Shown here one piece after another: positions 24,963-39,700 of a stretch of DNA of 64,000 nucleotides (positions are counted from its first letter, which is position 1; every line of letters begins with the position of its first letter). Made by a program: the position numbers and the translations under genes. Under the pieces are notes generated by a model that was given only the letters and a program-made list of their open reading frames with translations, ran no database searches and was not told the DNA's origin. The stretch spans positions 70,742,001 through 70,806,000 of the forward strand of contig OZ336876.1 of the NCBI GenBank assembly GCA_965287045.1, written 5' to 3'. This DNA is from Carcharhinus amblyrhynchos (Eukaryota).

Positions 24963-26878
24963 ACTTGACAGCTCAACTATCATACAATTTTTGTACAACT
25001 ATTTTAATCTCTACCCAGTGAGTGCATGGTGATATAAGTGGATTACACTGTATAAAAATTTACTTTTCCATTCATATTATGCATGGATCAAAAAATACTC
25101 AAACAAGTATAGCAAAGTTATTTTAATAGTTATTAATAACAGAAAAGTAAAAAATGATTTGATAACTATGTAGAAAAACAAATCACATTCTGACATATAA
25201 ATCCACATTAGTTTAAAAAACTTCAAAGATTAGCACATTTGTATACCCATCTTGCTCAATACTCCACTAAACTGGAATATTAGTGAACCCATTAGAATCA
25301 CCCCTGGTATTTCATTCACAAAACAAGGTTTGCTGTGGAAATCATTTATAAACATGATTAAAATTTGGTTATGAGTATAAGATAACAAGGATACAAGCTA
25401 AATTGTTTTAGGATTTTATTTTCATCTAAATAATTTGCTCAGATTTTCCAATTTCATAGCACCGAGGAAAGAAGTTTAACAAGAGGAATCTAATCTATTC
25501 AACATCTTTCAAAGTGCCTATTTCAATTCCTTGCAGAGCGCTAAAGTATCAGAAAGTTAACCTACTGATACTAAGAACATATTCCTGTATATTCTAATAC
25601 AATGGTAGTACATTATTTTCTATTCAATTTTTGTCCCATTCAGAAGGAGATTGTCAATACTGGTCTGCAATTCTACAAATGTTATCAGCCCAATGGTACA
25701 TTAACCAAGTAGCTAATTTCATTGCATACATTACAAAATTTAGAATGGGAAATTATGTCAACACTCAAACATGAACAATATGGAATTAATCCCACCTTAC
25801 TATGTCTTATTGTATCTTACTGAGGGATTTATAGATGGAAAGTTCCACAATAGGTTCATACAGGGCTGGACTTTGTGCAGCCTAGTGTGGCAGGAACAAT
25901 ATTGGCTGGGACCAGCTAATTGTGAGAGAGGCCCCATGTCAGAGGTCTGCAGAGAAGGCTCAAAGGGCCAAATGGCCTACTCCTGCTCAGAATGCCTATG
26001 TCAGTCTCCAGTGGTGAGAAAACCTCCTCCAATCAAGTCAGATGGTGGAAGGGAGCGATTCAGGATTCTTGGCCAGCATTTGTGGGATTTTGATTAGGTG
26101 GCTGCTGAAGGCCATCTCCTGTCTTCTGTCACTCATCCCACCCAGCAACCCCATCCCGCCTTCATTCACCTGTGGCCTGGAGTCCCAAGAGTCTGGGCTT
26201 CAGAAGGGTGCAATGCCATCTGATTATCAAATCATTGGGAAGGTCCAATGGCAGCTGGGCACGTGATTCCTTAAGACCTCTCCCATGCAGATTGGTTCCC
26301 TGCTGGATCTCCCTGACCCCCATCAGCCTGACAAAGTCTTGGCCACAATATCAGGAAACCTGATTTTTACTCCTTCCTAAGTTACACAGTGCCAGGTAAG
26401 AATAACTTACCAAGGATGCCAGAAATTTAATTCAGAACTTTTCTCTTTAACAGATTAGTACTCCATGTTGGATGAACAACCAACTCATCACAGGAAAAAT
26501 GCAAGTAAATAAATATTCTAATTGTTCAGAAAGAACACACATTCAGAATCTTGTGACAGGACACATTTTACATCTTTACACCTGGCACAGGACAAGATGT
26601 GCAAGACCTTTCAGGACCTGAGGAACACAGGCTACCTTTTATACGCTTACCAGGTTTATAACTGCGCAAATATAAATATGACAAAGGGTCAGCTAGACTC
26701 GAAACATTGGCTCTATTCTTTATCCACAGATGCTGTCAGACCTGCTGAGATTTTCCAGCATTTTCTGTTTTTGTTTATAACTGTGCACTTGGTTATTTGT
26801 CATATAAAATTAAATTAATTTTAAGGCTCTGGGTATTCTAATAAGGGTTGAAAAGCTCTTATTTCACTATATAATATT

Positions 26879-27037
26879 TTATATTGCAATAGAAAGACGG
26901 GGCACATTGGTGACTGTTAGTCCTTTAGTAGCATCCAACTGATTATACTCCTCTATTAGAGATGACAAAGAGTTATTCGCTTCTGTGAAAAAGCTTTGTT
27001 CCATTCCATCCACATGAAGGTAATGGTGAATGTGGGC
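26879..27037 (-). CDS. TUBE1: TUBE1 exon 12 (last)
   Basis: [52 protein letters not shown]. Confidence 0.95.
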   Translation of the reverse strand, partial: AHIHHYLHVDGMEQSFFTEANNSLSSLIEEYNQLDATKGLTVTNVPRLSIAI

Positions 27038-30000
27038 CTGAAATGACAAAATTAGTATGGTTCATTATTCAATTAACTAAAACACTGTGACTGAAAAGAA
27101 ATGTTAATTGCAGGATTAATGAACATATTTGATTTTGCCTATTAAATGGTAACTAGAACTCCTCAAAAATGGACAGGATTAAATTTATTTTTGTTTGCTT
27201 ATATACTAGATGATCTCTAGTTGTATTTTGCATGGTAAAATACAGTATACATTATTGTTATGCCATGAAATAATGGCATAACAATAATCTGACAAAGGCC
27301 ATTCAGCTCCTTAAGCATCTCCCACTATTACAGCACAGATGGAGGAGGGAGTACTTGTAATCAGGATTTGGTAACTCAGCAGTGAATATGCTTGGATTGT
27401 TAATGAAGTTTCAAGAGCAGGCTAGGGGATGGGGAGGATGTTCGAGGATGGCTCGTTTATTCCCTTTCCAACACTGTCTCAGGAGAACTAAAAGTGCAAG
27501 ATTGATCTGGATTCCCACCTACAGTTGTCGAAAGGGCCCTCAACAGCATGCGGTCCATCTCCCGCATCATGACCCTCATCCCTTCCCCTCCCTCCCAGAA
27601 AAAGGATAGAGACCCCTTGTTCTCACATTTTACCCCACCAGCCTCCACATGCAAAGCATAATCCTCCACCATTTTTGCCAACTCCAGTGTGATGCCACCA
27701 CCAAACACATCTTTCCTTCACTCCCTCCGACAGCATTCCGCAGAGACTGTTCCCACCAGGATAACCTAGTTCACTCCTCCACTATACTCAACACCTCTCC
27801 CATCACTCATGGCACCTTCCCATGCAATTGCAGAAGGTGTAACACCTATCCCTTTATCTCTTCTATGCTTATCATCCAAGGTCCAAAACACTCATTCCAG
27901 GTTAAGCAGCGTTTCACTTGCACTACCACCTCAACAAAATTTAGCCGTCTGTGTTAAACCATTATCAACATTTTGTAGTGAGAAACCTGTGCTCTTTTAA
28001 CAAGCCTGAAACTTGAGCTCTGGGGCTTCTCGAGATATCAATCTCAATAAGGTAGCAACAACAATTCCCAGAATGCAGGCACATTATTGACTTTGATTTG
28101 GACAGAGAGGTTTCACAATTTACTGATGATACAAAAATAGGGGAAAAGGAAGCTACAAGAGGATATTGTTTAGTTTGCAATGTAAAAGGATGAAAGAGTG
28201 AGAGGTGGTACAGTGAAGCTAATCACTTCATTAACTAGTGTCTAATCTTTTACTGCTATTCAGCTAGTTTGGTAGCTGCCATCAGTCAAGACATCTGAAT
28301 TATTCAGAATTTACCTTTTTCTTGTAAAGTTTTACAAATCGATCCTTTAGATCTGTGAAGGTAGATTTAACACAGGTGTTATTAGCTAGTGCTAATAAGG
28401 AGTGAGTGTGACCCACTGGTGGTATTGAACAGAGACTTGTTTTCCAACCTTCCTGATTCCACGAGACAAAATGGAGAGAAGGTTTCAACCTGTAGAAAAA
28501 AACAAGAGAAAGTTTTGTTCTCGTTACTTGATTGAAATATGATTTATCACTTTCGCAGAGATCAATATGCAATGATGCTGTTGACGCAATAACATTTTTA
28601 AAAAGCTGCTTAGTAACTGTTGTGGCAAAACTGAAAGAATTCATAAAAAATGGTCAGTTATTAAGCTAAATTTTCTAAGAGAAAATGTGCCTTTGTCCTT
28701 CTTGCCACCTTTTAATACATATAAGTGTCTGGGATGGTATTTAATTGAGGCAGTGGGCATCTTGCCTGCCAGCTGCAAAGCCAGCAGTTGCCCCATGTTG
28801 TTGCATGTTTCAGGGAAGTATCATTATATGAAGTGCCATTCAGGCAGTTAATCACACAACAGCAGGCCCTCCCCAGCAAGTCCCACCTGCAAAATAAGAG
28901 AATAACAGCTCTGTAAAGTGGCAGTGCCACAGCAACACAGTATCTGCTGCTGGTATAAGACTTGTCTCAGGGCTCAGAATCACCACTAGATCCCAGGTTT
29001 GCTAGTTGTGATCCTTGTATGGTGAACATGTCTCTCCCTCCACAACCCAATGCTGGGTTATTAGCATTGGATGAGGCCCTTAAATCAGTTTTAATTGCCC
29101 ACTTGAGGGTCTCAAATGGCAACGGGATGGGAAGGCTGCCACAGATCATAGAAACCCTACAGTACAAAAAGTAGCCCTTCGGCCCATCAAGTCTGCACTG
29201 ACCACAATCTCACCCAGGCCCTACCCCCATATCCCTACATATTTACCCACTAATCCCTCTAACCTACGAACCTCAGGACACTAAGGGCAATTTTAGCATG
29301 GCCAAACTAACCTGCATATCTTTGGACTGTGGGAGGAAACCGGAGCACCCGGAGGAAACCCATGCAGACACGAGAAGAATGAGCAAACTCCACACAGTGA
29401 CCCAAGCCGGGAATTGAACCCAGTCCCTGGGGCTGTGAAGCAACAGTACTAACCACTATGCTACGTGCCGCCTGTTGTCAATGGGTCTTCCCACCACGGA
29501 CTTAATTGGGGTGGAGGTGGGAAGATGTCAGAATCCCCATCCAACACTTTCCCAACTCCCACCTGATTAAATGCCCTTCCCCTACAATCACAAAACTTGC
29601 TATGGAGGAGGGCATTATATTCCGTCCCTGATTACAGACTGCAATATTTTTCCTTCAAAACCATAATAGATATATGCAGAATTTAATTAATTTCTTTTAA
29701 TTGAGCAGTTTACAATTTAAATTATTTTTGAGTGAGCAGTAAACAGTTGAAACTGAAAACTTGCTTAAGAGAAAAAAAAACACTATCTAACTCATGGCTC
29801 ATGATTTTACATCTAAAAGCTTCAATTTAGCTAATATATTTTGAAAAAGTAAATTTAACCATTATCACAAGAACCAGGTTCATCCAAGATTAAATTCTAG
29901 GACTGGATTTACAGCCCCAACCTGGTGGTTGTGGCAAGCTAACAAAATGTTCATTGACTTTGGTGGGACCAGATAATCCCACCCCAAGTCTGTACTCAAT

Positions 30001-30700
30001 TAGCCAATCTCAGAAGCAAATAGTCTTAACGTCCCAGGATAAGAAGGGGAAAATTTGTCACAGACTGATCATCATTTCTGCACTCTCCAGAAACCTCTAT
30101 TCAAAATAAACACTGAATGAGCCAGGACCACGTGCTGTATTGGTGTTATTCTCCTTTGTGCACACAGTAATAAATGGTCTGTAGATCTCAACCATCGATG
30201 TTTCTGTAAGAAAAAGTGCATTAACACGTAGATACAGAACTTGCTTTTAATAAATCTTGAAAGTTTTATTGTAAATCTGTATTTCAAACTCCACTCTTGT
30301 CTCTTCCTGTTATGGATAGTGGGTGGTTTTGCAAAGTATCAGGGTGCTCAATCATCCAGTAATTGGTGACCCAGCAACAGGTCATAGCTTTTAGAAATGG
30401 TGAAAATTGGCACTAATTTAGAGAAAAATATAAATAACCACCATTTGGTTTTAAACTGCTGCTAATCACCACCTGTACAATTTATTTATTACCTATGAAT
30501 CCAGTAGAAAGTAAAAACTTAATTTAAAACACAGCTTTAAATATATGAAAGAATATGTATCCTTTCTATGAACATAGTTACTAATTGGCAATTGCTAGAA
30601 AAAACTATTTTGAGTAAAGATGAATTATCTTTATATATGCAACTTTCAAATGAAAAACCGTTACACTAACTTAACATATCAGCAAAATATGTGGTTTAGT

Positions 30701-30740
<40 letters not shown>

Positions 30741-33700
30741 ATTTCCTTCAAACCTCTCAATGTTTCTCCTAAGATCAGAAATCTGAACATTTCCTCGGAC
30801 CATCAATGCACAAGCTAGGTAGAGGTTACGTTTTGGGTCAGCATACATCAACTGGTGATCCTTACTAAAAGCATCAGTGAACATTTGATCCAACCTGGTT
30901 AAATGAAGAAACAAAGAATGATTAGGATAGTTCGCTATATGAAGTACATGTCAAATCCAATAAATAGAAATATATCTTTCTATGTAGAAGTTGTGTTAAA
31001 CTTGTAGGAAGAGTTCTAATCAGCAGCACCATACAACATCACAAAATCAGAACTGCTAGTTAACACAGTTAATGTGCTATGGCAAGAAGAAGCACATTAC
31101 TAACCTGTGGATACAGAATTTCCTTTTTAAAAATTTTGATAAATTTTATTGAGAATCAGTATTCCAAAATCCTTTCTCGTTTTACTTCCTCCCAACTCAA
31201 AGTGCTTGTACTTCTTGATGATGCCTTTCTTTTGAACCAACAGTTGAGCTCTACAAGATGCCATGTGCCTGTAGTGGCTCTCTGCAAGAGCAATTCATCT
31301 AGTGCAACTCACCTGCCTTTTCCCTACAGCCCTACATTTTCTTCCTCTTCAGATTAATACTCCAATGCTCTTTTGAAATCCAAGATTGAACCTTCCTCCA
31401 TCAAACTCCCAGACAGTGCATTCTAGAACCTAAACTATTCACTAGATAAAAGGTTTTTCCTCATTTGCTGTTGCAACTTTGGTCAAGCACCTTAAATCAG
31501 TGTCTCCCAGTTCTTGATTCTTCCAACAATGAGAACAATTTTTCCCTATCAACTCTGTTAAGACTCCTCATGATTTTTTTACATATCTATCTAATCTCCT
31601 CTGAATCTTCTCTTCCCCAAGGAGAACGGATTCTCCAATCTATCCAGGTAACTGAAGTTCCTCATCCCAGCAATCATTCTCATAAATCTTTTCTGCACTG
31701 TCTCCAGTACATTCACATCCTCCCTAAAGTGTGGTGTTGAGAACTACATGCAATAACCTAGTTGAAGCCCAACCAGTATTTTATCCAGGTTTATCATAAC
31801 TTAATTGGTTTTGTACTTCCATGTCCCTATTTATAAAACACAGGATTTAATATTCTTTATTAACTGTGCCCTCAACCTGCCCTGCACCATTCAGTGATTT
31901 ATCTATATATATCCCCAGGTGCATCCGATCCTGCATCCCTCTCTACAATGTACCCTGTATTTTACATTGCATCTCTCCATTCTTCCTAACAAAATGAATC
32001 ATTTCACACTTCTCTGCATTAGATTTAAACTGCCACTTATCCTCCCTTTCCACCAACCTGTCTCCGCAGTGCCACTGTTGCTTTTATTTATGAGCTATAA
32101 CTTTGCTCACAAGTTTGTGATGCAGCATTTTATTAAATGCCTTTTGGTTTCACCATAATCAACTGCCTTATCCTTATCAAACCTTATCAAGGAACTAAAA
32201 CAAGTTAGTTAAACACTATTTCCCTAACTCTTTTTAGAATAATTTTTGGGAGGACTTCAAGAAATCTTAGGTTCCTTAAAATGCAGAGACACTTTCCACT
32301 TGTTAATCCAATGAGAAGGGTCACTGAAGCCCTATCATAGAATCCTACAGTGCAAAAGGAGGCCTTTCGGTCCATTGAGTCTGCACCAACCACAATCCCA
32401 TCCAGGGTCTATCCCCATAATTCCATGCATTTACCCCAGCTAGTCCCCCTGACAATAAGGGGCAATTTAGCATGGCCAATCCACATAGCCCACACATCTT
32501 CAGACTGATGATTTGACAAACGCACTAATGATGTGCCAGGAGTAATTGATTTGAGTGCTCGTTTGTGTTGAAGTAGCTGACCCAAGCTGGATTGTGGAAC
32601 AGGTACTGCAATTAGCAACAGCAATCCGGAGCATTAGTTGGTGACATCATCCAAAAACATGTATTTCTGAGAACATATAACTTTACCATTCCACCTTTTT
32701 GTTTATACAATTTTCATTTAGAAATCTGACAGCAAGTCTTGAACGAACGAATCAAAGGTTTTTCACACTCACCTGCAAATTTGAAATCATCCTTCTTAAG
32801 TCCTGTCAGCTCCTGAGCATTTCTTTTTCATTTTGGGAAGCCTTACTAACTGATACCACAAGAATTTCTTTATCAACGTTAATTTCTCTCTTCACGTCAG
32901 ATCTGTCACTGAGGAGCATCTTTCCATCTTTCAAACACTGTCCCCCACTCCAGGAGTTCCTGTCCACAGCTCGTTCTTTCGATTCTCCTAGCCAGCTTCC
33001 CTCTTTCCGTAAATTACTATTCATTCAGAGCACTGCTACTACCTACGCCCTTTCTCAGAATTCTGCACTTTTAACATCTTGATTCTTGTCAAATTTAGTT
33101 GGTTCCCTGGGCTAAAGTTTTTCTTTAACTTTAAAGTTCTCCTTGGCAGCAGCCTTCCATATCCAAGTAATGTAATGCAGCTTTATGCCCCTTCTTGCAG
33201 CCCTTTGTCTCTCAGACATTGATTCAGTCCTTGTTATCTGGCCTCTAAAGTCTAGCATTAACAGTGATTCTTTCCGTATGAGGTATTTCCTCATTGGAAC
33301 TCCCTCTGCCTTACACCCTCCCATCACGCTACAAAAATGTTCTTAATGCTTTTCTCATTTGACCTCATCTCCTAATCCAAGTTATCAGATCTTCCTTTTC
33401 ACTCTGCATCCAGTATTTGCATGTATGCAGTCAGTCTTTGATCTTAATAACACAGAACAATATGATTTTTCAGCAAAATGAATTTCTCTCAAAAATGCTG
33501 GTAAAACCCCTACCTTCTTGTGGGGATGTTTACATCAGCCAGGGTGTACAAAGGAGTTAGACTAGAAACAAGGTAATGAAGCCGTGGAAATGGAACTAGA
33601 TTCATGGTGATCTCATTGAGATCCATATTGAGGGATCCTTCAAACCTGGCGGAACTGCAGATAAAATAAACAAACAATATAAACTAGTATAATTAACAAT

Positions 33701-36700
33701 CTACACAAACTAAGGCTACTTAAAACGTTGGTCAAAAAACATCTGTTTCATCATAAAATATTCCATTGCATCAATACCAGCACACAAGTGCAGAATTAAA
33801 CTAACGACAGTGGAGTCAATGATCAAATTTACTGTTCATATTGCTTGTGCAAGATCAGCATGGGAATAAGACAGGAAAGTGGAGTTGAGACTGTCACATC
33901 AGATCAATCATGACTTCTTCAAATGGCAGAGCAGATTCAATGGCCTACTTTTGCTCTGCTATCTCAACCCTAAAACCTCCTTCCCGTCATCACTCTTCTG
34001 TGCTTGGATCTCTCCTCAGAGGTTTCAGGTGAATGTAATACTGGCAGCAACCATTGTCTAACCAATGGCATTGCTGAGTACAGAAAAACTGCCAGCTTAT
34101 GGCAGGTAGGACATCTGCCCCTGGGGACCCTGATCCTGGGGAAGGCCTGCCACTAGCCTGTTATGTGCTCAAGTAGAATAAAACATGGCAAGCCTTTTTT
34201 GAAGGGAGGTGACTTCGGTTCTCCATCCATTTATTTCTACAGAATTCCACCAAATAGTTGCTGGACTGTTAATTTTTTGTGCCTCAAGTAAGGTTTCCAG
34301 CCTCTACTACCTTTCCAGGCACTGCAATCTAGATATGTCTGCATCAAAATCCTGTCTACCCTTTTAAAGGTCCAGAGTCTCCCTGACTCTGTGGAAATCC
34401 ACCCCTAGTTTTCAGTATTTTGCTGTGATAAAACATTATTGAGACTAAAACTATAAAGGTCAGCAGGTCTGGATGGTGTGCATCCTAGAGTACTGAAGAA
34501 ATTGGAAAGTAACAGTGGAGCCACTAATAATATTCCAACAGGCTTTGAAAAGGTAATTGTAATACAATTGTTGCTCGGTGGCAAATATTAAATCATGGTG
34601 CAATGAAGGAGATGAGCATAGAATCCTAGGCCAATAAGGCTGCTTTGTATGTACGTTTTCAGCCATAGTAATGAACAAGACTGGTGAACACTTAATGCAT
34701 GAACTATTTTGGGATAGCAAAATTTTATTCAAGTGTGGATAGAGAGCATTCATGATGGGAGGTTCCAGACTATGTAGTTTATATGGATTTTATTTGTAAA
34801 GTATGCTTCGTAACACTTAATATGGACCTCTTTCGTCCCCTCACTCTCACGTACAAGGTTTCAGGGTCTATCACATGAGGATAGACTAAACTCGGTTAGG
34901 ATTATATTCATTGGAGTTTAGAAGAGTGAGAGAGGATCTCATAGAAACTTATAAAATTCTAACAGGATTAGAAAAGATAAATTCAGAAAAAATGTTCCTT
35001 TTGGTGGGGAGTCCAGAACTAGGGGGTCATAGTTTGACGATAACGGAAAACTTTTAGGACTGAAGTGAGGAGAAATTTCTTCATCCAGACGAGTGAATCT
35101 GTGGAATTCATGATCAAAAATTCAAGAAGAAATTATATATAGCTCTTAAGACTAAAGGGATCAAGGGATATGAGGGAAGGCAGGGTCAGGATATTGAACA
35201 TGATCAGCCATGATCAAAATGAATGGCAAAGCCAGCTTGAAGGGTCAAATAGCCCACTCCTGCTTCTATTTTCTACCTCTTCATCTGCAAGCAGTCTCCT
35301 CCTTGTTTGACCAACATCCTTATTTAGGAAAAATCTTATTTCCCTTTACCTTGCAATTCAGTCTCTTTGTTCACCTAATCTCACATTTCTAGCTTTTTTG
35401 CTTGTCTTCTGTATTACTGCTCTTTATTTATCCACAGAAGCCCCTGTACTTTATGTACATATGCAAAATACAAAGGCCGGAAAAGATCAACTGAAGGATG
35501 GAGCCCATTCTACAGTCAGGATGCCTTATACATCATGATACACACACACGCTCTTTACAATTTAATCACTTGAGAAAGTTGAAAAAACAAATAACAAAAC
35601 TGGCCAATTTTGGCAGTCAAAAATCTACAAATTTTCTTGCTGACCACTTTACATAGTCAAAACTAACCCAGGAAACTACATTGATCTGGACTATACATCT
35701 TGTTGGAATACTGTAATTAATATAGTAAATGTTCACCCACCTGGTCAAATTGAGCAGCAAGTTAGCTACAATATTGTTCATCGTATCAAATGGTTTTTCC
35801 TGCCGTTTGACTTCACTCTGACCAGAAATCAGTGTACTTTGCAGTTTCATGGCAGATGCTAATTTACCAGAATTGGCCATCTGATTGATTTTGTTGACAA
35901 TGTCAATCAAGGACTGGTTTTAAGAAAAAAAGATAAAGTTCAAAGAATCTGCACTTTAACATTTAGTTCCATACATAAAAGAGAATTACATAAGTGACAG
36001 ATGCAGGCCTAAATCTTTCTGGGGAGGCAATAAGAAAGTCAGGTGGGTTTATAGCAATCAGGAAATGCCAAAAGGTGGTATATAAGAGCTGATTAAATTT
36101 TGTTTTCTCTATTTCTTGGTTGGAAGTCTGCCAGATTGCTGTTGAACAGGAATAGAGAGGCTGGTGGCTGGGTTAGACATAATGGAGGCTGTGGTAAAGT
36201 TGCAAAAGTCCTAGATGACCATAGGCTTTTCTTTCCTTTGAGCAGAGAGAGCTGACTGGTGGTGACTTAATCTGAGGATCACCACACCTCAAGCGAGGGG
36301 CAAGGTGGAGAAGGCAGGACTTCATGAATCTTAGCCAGTACAGGAATTAAACCTGCTGCTGGCATCATTAAGCAACTGTCCAGCCAACTGAGCTAAACCG
36401 AATCAGTGAAGGGGTTGGGGAAAAACATCAAGAAGGGAAGCTGGTTAGCTGAGGTGTGTCAGAGAAGGCACTCCCTACTCCTCCTGGCCCACAAGGAATC
36501 CTGTGAAGGTACTTACCTTCTGATCTGGCCTTTCTCCCCTCCCTTCAGTTGCCAGGTTTCCCAAGTCCTGGGAAATACAAATCTGGCAATTTTAAAAATA
36601 AATAAATATGTATTATCATTGGAAGTGAGCAGATGTAGCCTTTATTGGCACTCTGTAGTTGCCAGGACAGTAATTTGGATCATCAGACTCAAATGTAGCC

Positions 36701-39700
36701 TTTGCTTGTTTAATTAATGTCAGCGTCACTGCCAAAACTGGCATTTATTGCCCATCCTTACTGTATACCTTGGTAAGGATGGGCAATAAATGCCATATAT
36801 TGGCATTTATGGCCAATAATTGCCTTACCGTATACCTTGGTAAGTCACTTAAGAGGGCCCCCGCAAAACAGCAAAATACCATGGATGCTGGAAATATGAA
36901 GTAAAAACAGAAAAGTCTGGATGCTTCTGAAGAGTTATATGGATTTGAAATGTTAACTCTGTTCCTCTCTACGGATGCTGCCAGACATGCTGAGTTTTTC
37001 TATCATTCCATTTGTACTGAAGAATCACTTTTATTGGGTGTGGAATCATGTATCAGCCAGACCAGCTGAGTAAGACAGGAACCAAAAAAGCAGTTGGTTT
37101 ATTTTTTTTTACAGTAATGCCTCAAAACTTAATTTTTCCACTGAGAATTACTTTTAATTTTCAATTTTAAAAAACTGAATTCAAATTTTCAAACAGTTTG
37201 GTGACTTAAGCTCACGTCAGGATTGTTAGTTCGAACTCTGGTTTAGTCCAGTAACATAACCACTATACTAGCGTAGTCAGTTTGAATTGTGGACAACTAC
37301 TCTGGGCAGACAGATTAGCTGATGGCGTGGGGATAACCGTTCTATCTTGCTAACAGAAGGAGATTAACAGAGGGGAAATTTAAATTATCCCTGCAAATTC
37401 TATTACCTGCCACGATAGTTCATCTCATCATGTCAAGTACAATCAACTCATCTTAATTCGATGTGACTTAATTCAAATTATTTAATAGTATTTTAAAAAA
37501 TAGAATTAAGTTCACATTTTATTTATATGACTTGATTCAAACTTTTAATCCCAAAAAATGTTTGAATGATCAGTACACTGTCAATTGTATTGATTAATGA
37601 AAATCATTTAGTTAATATGTTATGATTTGATTTCAAAAACACCGATGCCTCTATTTACACAAAAGCTCACTAAAAATGCAGTAAGGAAAAAAAAATTTCA
37701 ATCGTGCCAGTTTTTGGGAAGCCTGCAGAGTTAAGATCAGATGCAAAATTATTGTTCTTTCAACAGCATTGAACAAGTGATTTAGGTACATAAAGGATCA
37801 TAATTCCCTGAAATAGTAAAATTTAAAAGTCTTTTAATCGTGCCAGTTTTTGGGAAGCCTGCAGAGTTAAGATCAGATGCAAAATTATTGTTCTTTCAAC
37901 AGCATTGAACAAGTGATTTAGGTACATAAAGGATCATAATTCCCTGAAATAGTAAAATTTAAAAGTCTTTTATTAAGGCACCAACTTAAATAAGTTGAAG
38001 TTTACAATGAGTATCTGAAACTGCAACTAACAATTAGGAGCAGAGCCTGGACTTGAAGGTAAATCTGGGATTTTGGACAGGCCTGGCTAACAAACTCCAA
38101 TGGTGCAGCGGTGGTGGTGGTGGGGGGGATTTAAGACTAATTCTGGAGATCCTGTGGACACAGGGGACCACCCCCCCCCAAACCAGGTATCGCCCCATTC
38201 CTACTGGACACCTGCCTGGATCAGGAAAGCTGCCAGGCCTCATGTCTTGCCTCCACCTTCCATTGCCACATGTAAAATAGCAGTGGAGTGGAATGCAGCC
38301 CTGTAATGGCCATTAACTGACCATTTAAGGGCCGACAAGCTGCCTGATGCCTTTTGTGTCCAGCAAAGTATGGGAAACAAATTGGGGGCAGGTGGGCAGG
38401 AAAGCAGTGGGAAAGCCAGCAGCTGTGATTTACAAACAACCCTCCACCTTCATACATGGAAGCAGGGAAGAATCTATAAAATTCAGCTCTTTGTTTCACC
38501 CTCCACACTTGCTGCCTGACTTAGATATTTCCAATCTTTTCAGTTTTGATTAGGTCAGGTCTTTCGTATTAATTTAACTACAAGGGATTTAATTCACAGG
38601 TTATTTTGAGTTCAGAAACCGTAGCAACACTTATTAGTTTGCCGCTATATGCATTCTAAGATACAAGTCAAGATCAAATCTGACAAAAAATACTATTGTT
38701 TCGATAATAACAACAAAAAGATGAGCATATTTTGCAACGCCACTCACACAAAAGATGCGGACTACATCATTCAGAGACAAGGCTATCACTGGACATAGTT
38801 AAAAACGTTCATAAACAAAGCTCAACAATCAAAATCAATAATAAGTGCTACGAATGAAATAAATGATTCTAAGTAACAATGTCTGAATTTTTGTTCACGT
38901 GCGGGGAATGCAGAGTTGGCAGAACTTCCTGTTCCACAAACTCCACTCCTGAGAAACGGCCCTACTTGGTCAGATTTGCATTGCACACAGCAGGTATAAT
39001 GGGAATCATGCCTACAAACCCAGAAGCAGTTCAGAGGCAACACAGGGGTTACTGAGTGCAGAAGTAGGCTGAATGAAAGGCCACTCTCAATACTGACCAT
39101 GCACTTTGCCCCAGTTTCAAAAAACAATAAAGCAAAAAACAACCTTAAAATCCCCACACACTCCCCATGTCCCATCCATACCATGCCATCTCATGTTCCC
39201 TATCCAACCTTGCATGGCCCCATCATACCCTCCATGCTAACCTCTGCCCCCACCCACCCCCAGGATCTTTTATAGCCCTTTTGCTATCTTAGTACCAAAT
39301 AATGCCAATACATGCCCCCCCACCCACAACCCTTTGCCCTTACATCCCCTATGCCAACCCATTCAGTACCCACCATGGGCAAACCTCAGGATCTGTGCTG
39401 GCAGGAAAGAAAATAAAGTTCTAAGTACTTACTGATGAATTCACTATTTAGAAGAATACCCATTGATAAAACTCCATTCATTACATTTAAATTACTTCAA
39501 CCACTTAATTCTTTACATCAACGAGCACTTGCATTCATAGCCCCACTTTAAATACTTTATAAGCACTGGGGGCTATCAAGTAAATTGTGAACTGAAGGCA
39601 GCCCATTATGACAATGATATAGCACTAATTCAATAATGATGATATCCAAATATTTAAAGGGCAGTTTTTTTATAGTTCCCTTAATAGTTTCAATAAGCAT

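Noticed and set aside
32690-33360. Overlapping short ORFs in TUBE1 intron 9
   Set aside because: No recognisable domain or splice structure; possibly old TE debris that I could not classify.
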